Positions 9,250 to 19,311 of a stretch of 64,000 nt of DNA are shown here, one piece after another. Both the position numbers and the translations under genes were made by a program. Origin of the DNA: an uncultured Candidatus Rokubacteria bacterium (GTDB lineage Bacteria; Methylomirabilota; Methylomirabilia; Rokubacteriales; CSP1-6); NCBI GenBank assembly GCA_963747235.1, contig CAVVEU010000008.1, positions 320,001 to 384,000 on the forward strand, read 5' to 3'. The notes beneath the pieces are model-generated. The model was not told the origin of the DNA, did no database searches, and saw only the letters and a program-made list of their open reading frames with translations. Positions within the stretch are counted from its first letter, which is position 1; every line of letters begins with the position of its first letter.

Positions 9250-10592
9250 GTGCTGCAGAGCGTCTTGATCGCCAACCGGGGGGAGATCGCCCGCCGGGTC
9301 ATCCGCGGCTGCCGCGCCCTGGGCGTCCGGACGGTGGCGGTCTACTCCGAGGCCGACGCGGGGTGGCCGCACGTCGCCGACGCCGACGAGGCCGTCCTCA
9401 TCGGGCCCGCGCCCGCGCGTGAGAGCTATCTCGACGTCGAGCGCATCCTCGACGCGGCCCGCCGCACGAACGCCCAGGCCGTCCATCCCGGCTACGGGTT
9501 CCTCTCCGAGAACTGGCGCTTCGCCCAGGCCTGCGAGGCGGCGGGGCTGATCTTCGTCGGGCCGTCGTGGCGCGTGATCCAGCAGATGGGCGACAAGGTC
9601 GGCGCGCGCCGGCTCATGGCGGACGCGGGGGTGCCGGTGGTGCCGGGCAGCGACGGGCCCGGTGGACTCGGTCGAGGCCGCCCGGGAGGTCGCGGGCCGG
9701 ATCGGCTATCCGGTGATGATCAAGGCGGCGGCGGGTGGCGGCGGCATCGGCATGATGCGCGTCAAGGACGAGGCGGGCCTGGCCGCCGCGTTCGCGTCCG
9801 CCCAGCGGCGCGCGCAGTCCGCGTTCGGCTCGGGCGCCCTGTTCGTGGAGCGCTTCCTCGAGGCGCCCCGCCACGTCGAGGTCCAGGTCTTCGGCGACAC
9901 CGGCGGCCGCGTGGTGCATCTCCACGAGCGCGAGTGCTCGATCCAGCGGCGGCACCAGAAGCTGGTCGAGGAGAGCCCCGCGCCCAACCTGTCCGCGGCC
10001 CTGAAGGCCCGGCTCACCGAGGCCGCGGTGGCGGGAGCCCGCGCGGTGGGCTACGTGAACGCGGGCACCATGGAGTTCATCGTGCAGGGCGACGAGTTCT
10101 ACTTCCTCGAGATGAACACGCGGCTGCAGGTGGAGCACCCGGTGACCGAGGAGGTGACCGGGCTCGACCTGGTGGCGGCCCAGCTCCGCGTCGCGGCCGG
10201 CGAGCCGCTGCCGTGGTCGCAGGAGCAGGTGGCCCAGCGCGGGGCGAGCATCGAGTGCCGGATCTACGCGGAGGACCCCGCCAAGGGCTTCATGCCCTCG
10301 CCGGGCCGGATCACCCGGCTCGTGCTGCCAGACGGTCCCGGCGTGCGGCTCGAGTGCGGGGTCGCGGAGGGCGTGGAGGTCATCGGTGCACTACGACCCG
10401 CTCCTGGCCAAGCTGATCACCACCGGCGCGACGCGCGACGAGGCCATCGCGCGGATGAGCGCGGCGCTCGAGGGGTTCGTGGTCGAGGGGGTGAAGACCG
10501 CGATCCCGTTCCAGCAGCGCGTGATGCGGAGTGCCGCCTTCCGGGCCGGCGTCGTGCACACCCAGATGGTCGAGCAGGGCGCCTTCGCCTGA
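9250..10592 (+). CDS. biotin carboxylase subunit (AccC-like), apparent indels
   Basis: [58 protein letters not shown] and YDPLLAKL. Confidence 0.92.
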
Positions 10593-10615
10593 GCGGCCTC
10601 CTGCAGATTCCCGCG

Positions 10616-12229
10616 ATGGAGACGAGCCTCACCGACGCGCGCATCCGGGCGATGACCGGATCGGGACTCTGGCGCAACGAGAGTCTCGCCGACTACCTCG
10701 ACCGCTGGGCGCGCGAGCGTCCGGCCCGGACCGCGCTGGTGGACCGCTGGGGACGCACCACCTGGGAGGCGCTCGCCCGGTCGGTGGACCGCGTGGCCGC
10801 CGGGCTCGCCCGGAGCGGTGTCGAGCGAGGGAGCGTCATCGCGGTCCAGCTCCCCAACTGGAGCGAGGCGGTGACCGTCTTCCTGGCCGCCCTGCGCCTC
10901 GGCGCGGTGATCAATCCGATCCCGCCCACCTACCGGGCCAGCGAGCTCCGGTTCATGCTGGGCCTGCTGGAAACGCAGGTCGCGGTGGTGCCCGCTGCCT
11001 TCCGCGGCTTCGAGCACGCCGGCATGCTGGCCGCGCTGCGCCCCGAGCTCCCGCGCCTCGAGCACGTCTTCGTGGTGCGCGGCGACGGGCCCGCGGGCAC
11101 GACGCCGTTCGCGGCCCTCGCGGACGCGGCGCCCGCGCGCGGGCACGCCCCGGCGGGCACCGCGCTGAACGCGGTGCACGAAGTGGTGTTCACGTCCGGC
11201 ACGACGGGGGAGCCCAAGGGCGTGATGCACACCGAGAACACCACGCTCTCGATCATGCATCACGCGATCGAGCGGCTCGAGCTGTCGGCGCGCGACGTGA
11301 TCCTGATGGCCTCGACGGTCGGTCACCAGACCGGGTACCTCTACGGCCACTGCCTCAACCTGCTGCTCGGCGCCACCACCGTCTGGATGGACATCTGGAA
11401 TCCCGCGGAGGCGGCGCGCCTGATCGAGGCCGAGCGGGTCACCGTGAGCATGGGGGCCACGCCGTTCCTGCGGGACCTGGCCTACCTGGACGCCGGGCCG
11501 AGCCTGCGCTCGCTGCGGCTGTTCATCGCGGCGGGGGCCCCGATTCCCCGGGCGCTGGTTCGCGACGCCCGCGAGCGGCTCGGCTGCGCGATCTCGGCCG
11601 GCTGGGGCATGACCGAGAACGGCATGGTCACCTGCAACGGGCTCCACGACCCCGAGGAGAAGGTCTTCGGCAGCGACGGCGCGCCCCTGGCCGGCATGGA
11701 GCTGCGCGTCGTGGACGACGACGGGGCGCCGGTCGCCGCCGGTGTCGAGGGGGACTTGCTGGTGCGCGGTCTTTCGGAGTTCGTGGGCTACGTCAAGCGG
11801 CCGCAGTTCACCGCGGACGCGTACACCGCGGACGGCTGGTTCAAGACCGGCGACCGGGCGACCCTCGATCCGGAGGGTTACCTCGCCATCACCGGCCGGT
11901 CGAAGGATCTCATCATCCGCGGAGGCGAGAACATCCCGGTCGTGGAGGTCGAGAACCTGCTCTACACTCATCCGAAGATCGCGGGGGTGGCCATCGTGGC
12001 CGTTCCCGACCCGCGTCTCGGGGAGCGGGCCTGCGCGGTGGTGATCCCCGGCGAGGGCGAGGCGATCACTCTGGAGGAGATCACGGCGTACCTGGAGCGG
12101 CACGAGCTGGCGCGGCAGAAGTTTCCGGAGCGCCTCGAGCTGGTCTCGGAGTTCCCGATGACCCCCAGCGGCAAGATCCAGAAATACAAGCTCCGCGACA
12201 TGATCGCCGAGCGCGCGAAGCCGCGATGA
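10616..12229 (+). CDS. acyl-CoA synthetase, cyclohexanecarboxylate-CoA ligase (AliA)-like
   Basis: FTSGTTGEPKGVMH, GHQTGYLYG, WGMTENG, WFKTGD, RGGENIPVVEVENLLY and PSGKIQK. Confidence 0.85.
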   Translation: METSLTDARIRAMTGSGLWRNESLADYLDRWARERPARTALVDRWGRTTWEALARSVDRVAAGLARSGVERGSVIAVQLPNWSEAVTVFLAALRLGAVINPIPPTYRASELRFMLGLLETQVAVVPAAFRGFEHAGMLAALRPELPRLEHVFVVRGDGPAGTTPFAALADAAPARGHAPAGTALNAVHEVVFTSGTTGEPKGVMHTENTTLSIMHHAIERLELSARDVILMASTVGHQTGYLYGHCLNLLLGATTVWMDIWNPAEAARLIEAERVTVSMGATPFLRDLAYLDAGPSLRSLRLFIAAGAPIPRALVRDARERLGCAISAGWGMTENGMVTCNGLHDPEEKVFGSDGAPLAGMELRVVDDDGAPVAAGVEGDLLVRGLSEFVGYVKRPQFTADAYTADGWFKTGDRATLDPEGYLAITGRSKDLIIRGGENIPVVEVENLLYTHPKIAGVAIVAVPDPRLGERACAVVIPGEGEAITLEEITAYLERHELARQKFPERLELVSEFPMTPSGKIQKYKLRDMIAERAKPR

Positions 12230-12243
12230 AAGGCTGACCAACC

Positions 12244-13041
12244 ATGAACCTGAACCTGGGCGGCAAGAGCGTGATCGTGACCGGCGGCGGCTCGAACATC
12301 GGGCGGGCCATCAGCCTGGCCTTCGCGAAGGAGGGCGTGCACCTCACCGTCGCCGAGATCGACGAGGGGCAGGGGCGGAAGGTCGTGGCGGAGGCCCAGG
12401 GGCTGGGGGCCGCGTCCGCCACGCTCGTGCCGACCGACGTGACGCGGTGGGAATCCGTCCAGGCGATGGTCCGGGAGGTCGAGGGGCGCGTGGGCCGGGT
12501 GGACGTGCTCGTGAACAACGTGGGCTGGACCTACGACCGCCTCTTCGTGGAGAAGGAGCGAACCGAGTGGGAGCGGGAGATCCAGCTCAACCTCTGGGGC
12601 ATGATCAACTGCACCCGCGCGGTGCTCGACGGCATGATCGCCCGCAAGGGCGGCGCCATCGTCAGCATGGGCTCGGATGCCGGGCGCATGGGGGAGTTCC
12701 GCGAGGGCGTGTACGGCGCGTGCAAGGCCGGCGTGATCGCGCTGTCCAAGAGCCTCGCGCGCGAGGTCGGCCGCCACGGCATCCGGCTCAACGTGGTCTG
12801 CCCCGGCATGACCATCCCGGAGTCGGAGGACGATTTCGGCGGCCTCAGCATGTGGGCCGCGGAAGCCAACCGGGCCTGGAGCGCGCCCGACATGCAGGCG
12901 CGGATCGCCAAGGCCTACCCGCTGCGGCGCATCGGCAAGCCGGAGGACGTGGCGCCGGCGGTGATGTTCCTCGCCTCCGACGCCGCGGGCTTCATCACCG
13001 GGCAGACCCTCTCGGTGAGCGGCGGCTATACCATGATGTGA
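12244..13041 (+). CDS. SDR dehydrogenase, BadH (2-hydroxycyclohexanecarboxyl-CoA dehydrogenase)-like
   Basis: TGGGSNIG, NNVGW, SDAGRMG...YGACKAG (YxxxK) and TGQTLSVSGG. Confidence 0.85.
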   Translation: MNLNLGGKSVIVTGGGSNIGRAISLAFAKEGVHLTVAEIDEGQGRKVVAEAQGLGAASATLVPTDVTRWESVQAMVREVEGRVGRVDVLVNNVGWTYDRLFVEKERTEWEREIQLNLWGMINCTRAVLDGMIARKGGAIVSMGSDAGRMGEFREGVYGACKAGVIALSKSLAREVGRHGIRLNVVCPGMTIPESEDDFGGLSMWAAEANRAWSAPDMQARIAKAYPLRRIGKPEDVAPAVMFLASDAAGFITGQTLSVSGGYTMM

Positions 13042-13065
13042 TCGGGGATGTGAGTGGAGGCCACG

Positions 13066-13842
13066 ATGGACTTCGAGACGATCACCTTCGCGACGGCCGG
13101 CGGCGTCGCGCGCATCACGCTCAACCGGCCGGACCGGCTGAACGCGATCAGCCCCGAGCTGCTCGCCGATCTGGATCGCGCCTGCGCGGCGGTGGAGGGC
13201 GATCCCGGCGCGCGGGTGGTGACCCTGACCGCGGCGGGTCGGGCCTTCTGCGCGGGCGCGGATCTCCGAGCGGTGCGCGAGCTCTCGCCCGATCCGGAGC
13301 GGTGGGGCGCCTTCATGGGGCTCTGGCATCGCGTGTTCGACCGGATCGAGGCCCTGCCGGTGCCGGTCATTGCCGGGGTGCACGGGCTCGCGCTCGCGGG
13401 CGGGCTCGAGCTGGTGCTGGTGGCGGACCTCGTGGTGGCCGAGGACGGCGCGCGCCTCGGCGATCAGCACGCGAACTTCGGGCTGGTGGCGGGCGGGGGC
13501 GGCAGCCAGCGCCTGCCACGCCTCATCGGCGCGCGCCGGGCCAAGGAGCTGATGCTGCTCGGCGGCTGGCTCACCGCGCCGGAGGCGCTCGCCTGGGGCC
13601 TCGTCAATCGCGTGGTCCCGGCCGGGACGGTGGCGCCCGCGGTCGAGGAGATGGCGGCCGGGCTGGCCGTGGGCAGCGCATCGGCCAACCGCACCGTGAA
13701 GGCGCTCGTGGCCCGCGCATTCGACGCCGAGCTGGCGGAGGGCCTCGCGCTCGAGCGGCGACTGGTGGCGGAGCACATGCGCTCGGCCGACGCGGCCGAG
13801 GGGCTGCGGGCGTTCGCCGAGAAGCGCAAGCCCAGGTTCTAG
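13066..13842 (+). CDS. enoyl-CoA hydratase/isomerase (crotonase)
   Basis: LNRPDRLNAI, FCAGADL, ALAGGLEL and GGGGSQRLPR; GGAGG RBS. Confidence 0.9.
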   Translation: MDFETITFATAGGVARITLNRPDRLNAISPELLADLDRACAAVEGDPGARVVTLTAAGRAFCAGADLRAVRELSPDPERWGAFMGLWHRVFDRIEALPVPVIAGVHGLALAGGLELVLVADLVVAEDGARLGDQHANFGLVAGGGGSQRLPRLIGARRAKELMLLGGWLTAPEALAWGLVNRVVPAGTVAPAVEEMAAGLAVGSASANRTVKALVARAFDAELAEGLALERRLVAEHMRSADAAEGLRAFAEKRKPRF

Positions 13843-13850
13843 GAGGCCGC

Positions 13851-15002
13851 ATGGATCTCGCGTTCTCGCCGGAGCAGGACGAGCTGGTGCGCACCCTGCG
13901 GCAGTTCGCCCGGCGGGAGCTCGCGCCGCGCTCGGCCCACTGGGACAGGACGGGCGAGTTCCCCTGGGAGGCCTGGCGACGCATGGGCGAGCTGGGGCTG
14001 CTGGGCCTGCGCGTTCCCGAGGCCTACGGGGGCCAGAGCGCGGACTTCCTGACCTTCGGCATCGCGATGGAAGAGATCGGGCGCGGCGACTTCAGCTGCA
14101 CCTACGGGATCCAGCTCGCGGGCCTGGCCGGGGAGATCCTGGGACGCAGCGGGACCGAGGAGATCAAGGCGCGGTGGCTGCCGCCGACCGCGAGCGGCCA
14201 GGCGGTGGTCGCGCTCGCCCTCACCGAGCCGGGCGCCGGCTCGGACGCGGCCAATCTCACCTGCCGGGCCGAGCGCGACGGCGACGGCTACGTCATCACC
14301 GGGGAGAAGTCCGGCATCAGCCTGGGCATGGCGGCGCAGGCCGCGATCGTCTTCGCGCGCACGGATCCGGCGGGCCGCGCGCGCGGGGTGACCGCCTTCC
14401 TGGTGCCGCTCGACCTGCCCGGCGTCTCGCGCAGCCCGCTGCGGGACATGGGCACCCGCGCCATCGGTCGGGCGGTCCTGGCTTTCGATCACGTGCGCAT
14501 CCCCGCGTCGCACCGGCTGGGCGAGGAGGGCACCGGCTTCTACCAGGTCATGCAGGGCTTCGACTACAACCGCATCGGCATCGCGCTCGCCTGCCTCGGC
14601 GTGGCCCAGCAGTCGGTCGAGGAGACCATGGGCTACGTGAAGGAGCGCAAGGCCTTCGGCCGCGCCCTCGCGCGCTTCGAGGGCGTGTCGTTCGCGATCG
14701 CGGAGGCGGCCACGCATCTCGAGGCCTGCCGCTGGCTCTGCTACCGGGCGCTCTGGCTCGCGGACCAGGGGCGGCCCCACACCAAGGAATCGGCGATGAC
14801 GAAGTGGTGGGGCCCGCGGCTGGCGGTGGACACGATCCACCAGTGCCTCCTGCTCCACGGCCACTACGGCTACACCGACGAGCTGCCCTTCGAGCAGCGC
14901 ATGCGCGACGTGATCGGACTCGAGATCGGCGACGGAGCCAGCGAGGTCATGAAGATGGTGGTGGCCCGCGAGCTGATGGGCCGCGAGAGCCTGCCCTACT
15001 AG
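13851..15002 (+). CDS. acyl-CoA dehydrogenase, AliB (cyclohexanecarboxyl-CoA dehydrogenase)-like
   Basis: LTEPGAGSDA, GFDYNR, ERKAFG, KWWGP and CLLLHGHYGY...QRMRDVIGLEIGDG. Confidence 0.88.
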   Translation: MDLAFSPEQDELVRTLRQFARRELAPRSAHWDRTGEFPWEAWRRMGELGLLGLRVPEAYGGQSADFLTFGIAMEEIGRGDFSCTYGIQLAGLAGEILGRSGTEEIKARWLPPTASGQAVVALALTEPGAGSDAANLTCRAERDGDGYVITGEKSGISLGMAAQAAIVFARTDPAGRARGVTAFLVPLDLPGVSRSPLRDMGTRAIGRAVLAFDHVRIPASHRLGEEGTGFYQVMQGFDYNRIGIALACLGVAQQSVEETMGYVKERKAFGRALARFEGVSFAIAEAATHLEACRWLCYRALWLADQGRPHTKESAMTKWWGPRLAVDTIHQCLLLHGHYGYTDELPFEQRMRDVIGLEIGDGASEVMKMVVARELMGRESLPY

Positions 15003-15062
15003 CCGCGCCGCCCGGCGGCGGCCGGATATGAGAGAATGCGGCGGCCTCGAAAGGAGCGCTCA

Positions 15063-15278
15063 ATGCCCGAAGACGTCCAAGCTCACATCACCGGCGTGGT
15101 GTTCCAGATTCCCACCAAGCCGGGCGACGCGGTGGCCGCCGGCGACGCGATCATCGTGCTCGAATCCATGAAGATGGAGATTCCGGTCGAAGCTCCGCGC
15201 GCCGGCAAGGTGCGGGAGATCAAGGTCGCGGAGGGACAGACGGTACAGGAGGGAGATACCGTCGCGGTCCTCGACTGA
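15063..15278 (+). CDS. stand-alone biotin carboxyl carrier protein
   Basis: LESMKME biotinylation motif; 71 aa; AAGGAG RBS. Confidence 0.9.
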   Translation: MPEDVQAHITGVVFQIPTKPGDAVAAGDAIIVLESMKMEIPVEAPRAGKVREIKVAEGQTVQEGDTVAVLD

Positions 15279-15299
15279 ACCCGTCCCCGAGGAGACGTC

Positions 15300-15803
15300 A
15301 TGTCCATCGCGCTGATCCGGGAGCACTACGACTATCACCGCTGGGCGAACCGGCGGCTCTTCGACCTGGCCGCGGGCCTCGGCGACGGGGTCACGCGGGC
15401 CATGGGCGCCCACTGGAGCTTTCCCACGCTCAAGGGCATGTTCGCCCACATCTACGGCGCCGACAACGTCTGGCTCACCCGCTGGAAGGGATCGTCCCCG
15501 AGCCGGCTCCTGGGCGACAAGGACTTCGCGAGCATCGCCGATCTGCGCGCGAGGTGGGACGCGCTCGAGACGGAGCAACAGGCCTTCGTGGCCGGGCTCG
15601 CGGAGGCCGATCTCACCCGGCCCGTGGGGTACCGGAACACGGAGGGCAAGGAGTTCCAGGTGGCCCTCGGGGCCCTGCTCCAGCACGTGGTCAACCACGC
15701 GACCCACCATCGCAGCGAGGCCGCGACCATGATCACCCTGATCAGCGGCTCGCCGCCCGACACCGGGATCAATACCTACCGCGTCGCGGTCGTGAAGGGT
15801 TGA
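15300..15803 (+). CDS. DinB/YfiT-family metalloprotein
   Basis: YHRWAN...AHIYGAD..W...HVVNHATHHRSE His triad. Confidence 0.85.
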   Translation: MSIALIREHYDYHRWANRRLFDLAAGLGDGVTRAMGAHWSFPTLKGMFAHIYGADNVWLTRWKGSSPSRLLGDKDFASIADLRARWDALETEQQAFVAGLAEADLTRPVGYRNTEGKEFQVALGALLQHVVNHATHHRSEAATMITLISGSPPDTGINTYRVAVVKG

Positions 15804-15893
15804 GCCCGGTGGGGATGAAGGAGCTGGCACACGATGTTCGGGCGCGGAAGCAGCACGGAGTGATGCCGGTCTAGCCAAGAGGAGGAGAATGCC

Positions 15894-16730
15894 ATGGATC
15901 TCGGAATCTGCATGTTCGCCACCGACTATTCGATCCGGACCGACGAGCTGGCCCGCGCCGCCGAGGAGCGGGGCTTCGAGTCGCTGTTCGTGCCGGAGCA
16001 CACCCACATCCCTACCAGCCGGCGCACCCCGTTCCCGGGTGGCGAGCCGCTCCCCAAGGAGTACTCGCACACCTTCGATCCGTTCATCTCGCTGATGGCC
16101 GCGGCCGCGGCCACCACGCGCCTGAAGATCGGCACCGGCATCTGCCTGATCATCGAGCGCGACACCATCACCACCGCCAAGGAGGTGGCGAGCCTCGACC
16201 TGCTCTCGGGCGGGCGCTTCCTCTTCGGGATCGGCGCCGGGTGGAACGCCGACGAGATGGAGAACCACGGCACCGAGTACAAGAGCCGCTACAAGCGGAT
16301 GCGCGAGCAGGTGCTGGCCATGAAGGAGATCTGGACCAAGGACGAGGCCCAGTTCCACGGCCAGCACGTGAAGTTCGACCCCATCTGGTCCTGGCCCAAG
16401 CCCGCCCAGAAGCCCCACCCGCCGGTGCTGCTGGGTGGGGAAAGCGGCCACACGCTCCAGCGGGTGGTGGACTTCTGCGAGGGATGGTTCCCGCGGGGCC
16501 GGGCGGGCGACGTGATCCTGGCCGGCCTCAAGGATCTGAAGGCCCGGGCCGCGCGCGCCGGGCGTGACATGAAGACGATCTCGGTCTCGGTCTTCGGCGC
16601 GAAACCCGATGAAGCGACGCTCGAGACCTACGCCGGCGCCGGCATCACCCGGTCCATCCTGCGCCTGCCGTCCGACGGCCGCGACGTGATCCTGCCCCTG
16701 CTCGACCAGTACGCCAAGCTGATCCGCTGA
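15894..16730 (+). CDS. LLM-class (probably F420-dependent) oxidoreductase
   Basis: AEERGFESLFVPEHTHIP, DPF, LDLLSGGRFLFGIGAGWN and PKPAQKPHPPVLLGG. Confidence 0.88.
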   Translation: MDLGICMFATDYSIRTDELARAAEERGFESLFVPEHTHIPTSRRTPFPGGEPLPKEYSHTFDPFISLMAAAAATTRLKIGTGICLIIERDTITTAKEVASLDLLSGGRFLFGIGAGWNADEMENHGTEYKSRYKRMREQVLAMKEIWTKDEAQFHGQHVKFDPIWSWPKPAQKPHPPVLLGGESGHTLQRVVDFCEGWFPRGRAGDVILAGLKDLKARAARAGRDMKTISVSVFGAKPDEATLETYAGAGITRSILRLPSDGRDVILPLLDQYAKLIR

Positions 16731-16740
16731 GGCACGGGGA

Positions 16741-16780
16741 CAAGAAGGGCCCGGCGGCCGATGTTCCGGCCGCCGGGCCC
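16741..16780. terminator. hairpin terminator between convergent genes
   Basis: Perfect 14-bp stem GGGCCCGGCGGCCG/CGGCCGCCGGGCCC; TTCTTG follows on the minus strand. Confidence 0.7.
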
Positions 16781-16799
16781 GATGTCGTTCCGGCCCGAG

Positions 16800-18327
16800 T
16801 TAATTTTCGACGAAGGCGCGAAGGGCGCGTCCGCGCAGCGGGTGGCGCAGCTTGCGGAGCGCCTTGGTCTCGATCTGCCGGATGCGCTCGCGGGTCACCG
16901 AGAAGCGGCGTCCCACCTCCTCGAGCGTGTGCTCGCCGGCCTCGCCGATACCGAAGCGCAGCCTCAGGATCTCCTTCTCCTTGGGCGACAGCGTGCTCAG
17001 CGCGCGCTCCACCTGCAGGGTCAGGTCCTGGGTGATGAGGTTGTCGTTGGGCGACTCCGCTCCCTTGTCTTCCAGGAAGTCGCCCAGCTCCGAGTCGTCC
17101 CCGATGGGCGTCTCGAGCGAGAGCGGCTTGCGCGAGGACTCCAGGATCAGCCGGACCTTGCGCGCGGGCACGCCGGTGCGCTGGGCCAGCTCCTCCGGGG
17201 TGGGCTCGCGCCCCATCTCGTTGACCAGGGAGCGGTTCACCCTCGAGATGCGGTTGAGCGTCTCCACCATGTGCACCGGGATGCGGATCGTGCGCGAGTG
17301 GTCCGCGATGGCCCGCGTGATCGCCTGGCGGATCCACCACGTGGCGTAGGTCGAGAACTTGAACCCGCGCCGGTACTGGAAGCGGTCCACCGCCTTCATG
17401 AGGCCGATGTTGCCCTCCTGGACCAGGTCCAGGAGCGACAGCTCGCTGCCCAGGTAGCGCTTGGCCACCGAGACCACCAGCCGCAGGTTGGCCTCCATCA
17501 GCTCCTTCTTGGCCTGCCGGACCACGCGGTCGTGCTCCTCGATCTCGCTGAGCGACGCGAGCAGAGCCTTGCGGGCCACGCCCGCCTTCTCCTCGAGCTG
17601 GCGCAGCTCGGCGCGGCTCTTGGTCGCCGCGAGCATGCCCTTGGCCAGCAGGCGGATCTCGGTGACGAGCTGATCGGCCAGCGCCGGCTTGAGCGGCAGC
17701 TTCTCGAGCACGCTCTGGATGGAGGCGCGGTTCTTCGCGATCCACTTGTTGTAGTTGGCGCGCGTGGCCTTGCTGCGGCGCTTGTCGCCGAGGGCCGCCT
17801 GTAGCCGCTCGATCTCGCGCTCCAGCCGGCGGATGCGCGCGAAGGCGGCCAGGCTCGCGCGGATCTCGCTCGGGCGAGGGCTCGCCGCCCTCGGGGAGCA
17901 GGATCACGTCCTCGAGCGGGACTTCCTCGCGGCGCACCCGATCCACCAGGGCCAGGAGCTGGGTCGTGGCGAACGGCACGCGGCCCAGGGCGCGCCGCAG
18001 CGCGATCTGGCCGATCTCGATGCGCTGGCCGAGCGCGACCTCTTCCGCGGCCTTCAGGAGGGAGACCTTGCCGATCTCCTTGAGATAGAGACGGACCGGG
18101 TCCTCCGCGGGCGAGGCCGAGGGCCGCAGCGCCTCGTCGGACAGGGCCGGCGTGGCCTCCGTCTCGATGGCGCTATCCACCACTCGGTCCAGCTCGTCGT
18201 CCACCGGCGGCGCCCCCACCTTGGCCGCCGCCTGGGCGGGCCGCCCGCGGCGCTTTGGCTCGGTCGCGGTCACCCTGAATTGGCCCGTCTCCGCTGCCAC
18301 CACGCTGTCAGTCTCTCTAAAGGTCAT
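16800..18327 (-). CDS. RpoD-like sigma-70 factor (one apparent indel near 17870)
   Basis: [11 protein letters not shown] (1.2), [45 protein letters not shown] and [18 protein letters not shown] (4.2). Confidence 0.92.
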
Positions 18328-18607
18328 TACGGCCTCTCGTGCTCGTCGGGATGTGTCGGTATTTCTTTCCGGCTCGATTCCTCGTGGTCTACGCCCTCAC
18401 GGTTTAGACGCTGATTCGGGCGCCGGGGTTTCAGAGAACGTTGCCGTCCTATCGGCTTATCCGAAGGAACCCGCAGGCCGCGCGCGTCGTTCCTTGTTGC
18501 CCGGCGTCGGTGCAGAGACGTACGTTACCGCCAGGCTATTCAGCTTGGCGGTCCTCTTTTGGACAGTCTGCTGCGCCGGGACTGGAAAGGGGCGCTACCG
18601 CGGGAGC

Positions 18608-19216
18608 TTAGTTGGCCTTGCTGAGGATGAGGTCAAACGTGGCGAGCACGTAGTCCCTCATGCTCACCAGCCAGGACCGCAGCGGAGGGACGCCGAAGTC
18701 GGCCGGTCGGAGGCGGCTCTCGCCCCGGACCCAGAGGGCGCCTTGCCGGAGGCGAACCCGCGCCATGAAGCTCACGGGCCGCTCGGTGCCCCGCATGGAT
18801 AGCACCCCGTGGAGTGTCAGCATCACGTCGGTGTTCTCGGTCAGCGACTGGAACGAGCTCTCGACCTTGTCGATCCGGTAGCGGATCTCCGGATGGCGCT
18901 CTCCGTCGAGGGCTCGTCGCAGGTCCTTGTCCCGCCCGGCCTTCCCGGTGCGCAGGCTGGCGACCGGGGCGGTCAGGGAGCCCTTGATGGGCTTCCTGAG
19001 GTCCTCGATGTCGAGCTCGACCTCGCCGGTGGGCGCCTCGCTCGCTCCGCCGAAGTTACCCAGCGGGTGGAACGCGTCGAAGCCCACGCGGCTCTTGGCG
19101 CTGTCCACGACCCACCGCTCGGTCTCGGCGATGGCCGATCCCGCGAGGGAGACTCCGAAGAGCGCGACGGTGAGCAGTGCTGAGGCGAGTCGTCCGGGCA
19201 CAGGGTGGGATACCAT
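18608..19216 (-). CDS. YceI-family exported lipid/polyisoprenoid-binding protein
   Basis: Signal-peptide-like N-terminus, WVVDSAKSRVGF, ASLRTGKAGRDKDLR, GVLSMRG and DFGV. Confidence 0.8.
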   Translation of the reverse strand: MVSHPVPGRLASALLTVALFGVSLAGSAIAETERWVVDSAKSRVGFDAFHPLGNFGGASEAPTGEVELDIEDLRKPIKGSLTAPVASLRTGKAGRDKDLRRALDGERHPEIRYRIDKVESSFQSLTENTDVMLTLHGVLSMRGTERPVSFMARVRLRQGALWVRGESRLRPADFGVPPLRSWLVSMRDYVLATFDLILSKAN

Positions 19217-19254
19217 GGGCGCCACGAGCGGGTCAACCGTCGGCGGGAAAATTG

Positions 19255-19284
19255 TTGACACTACCGGAGGCCCGGTCTTACCGT
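19255..19284 (+). promoter_or_regulatory. putative sigma70 promoter of the malic enzyme operon
   Basis: TTGACA-N18-TACCGT with an A/T tract upstream, 27 nt before the ATG. Confidence 0.5.
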
Positions 19285-19311
19285 CTAAATGCCCGCCATG
19301 ACGAACGATTG

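Noticed and set aside
6232-12229. Very long ORF-track entries implying fusions (Pol IV with the ferritin-like proteins; biotin carboxylase with the CoA ligase; also pnp with the M16 peptidase and the 1130-aa ORF over infB)
   Set aside because: They arise from indel-shifted frames in stop-poor high-GC DNA. Each component has its own start and stop when stitched by homology.
10391-14864. Long antisense ORFs (for example 10391-12241, 11968-13776, 22912-24930)
   Set aside because: These are shadow ORFs opposite well-supported genes, expected from GC3-biased codon usage, and have no recognisable motifs.
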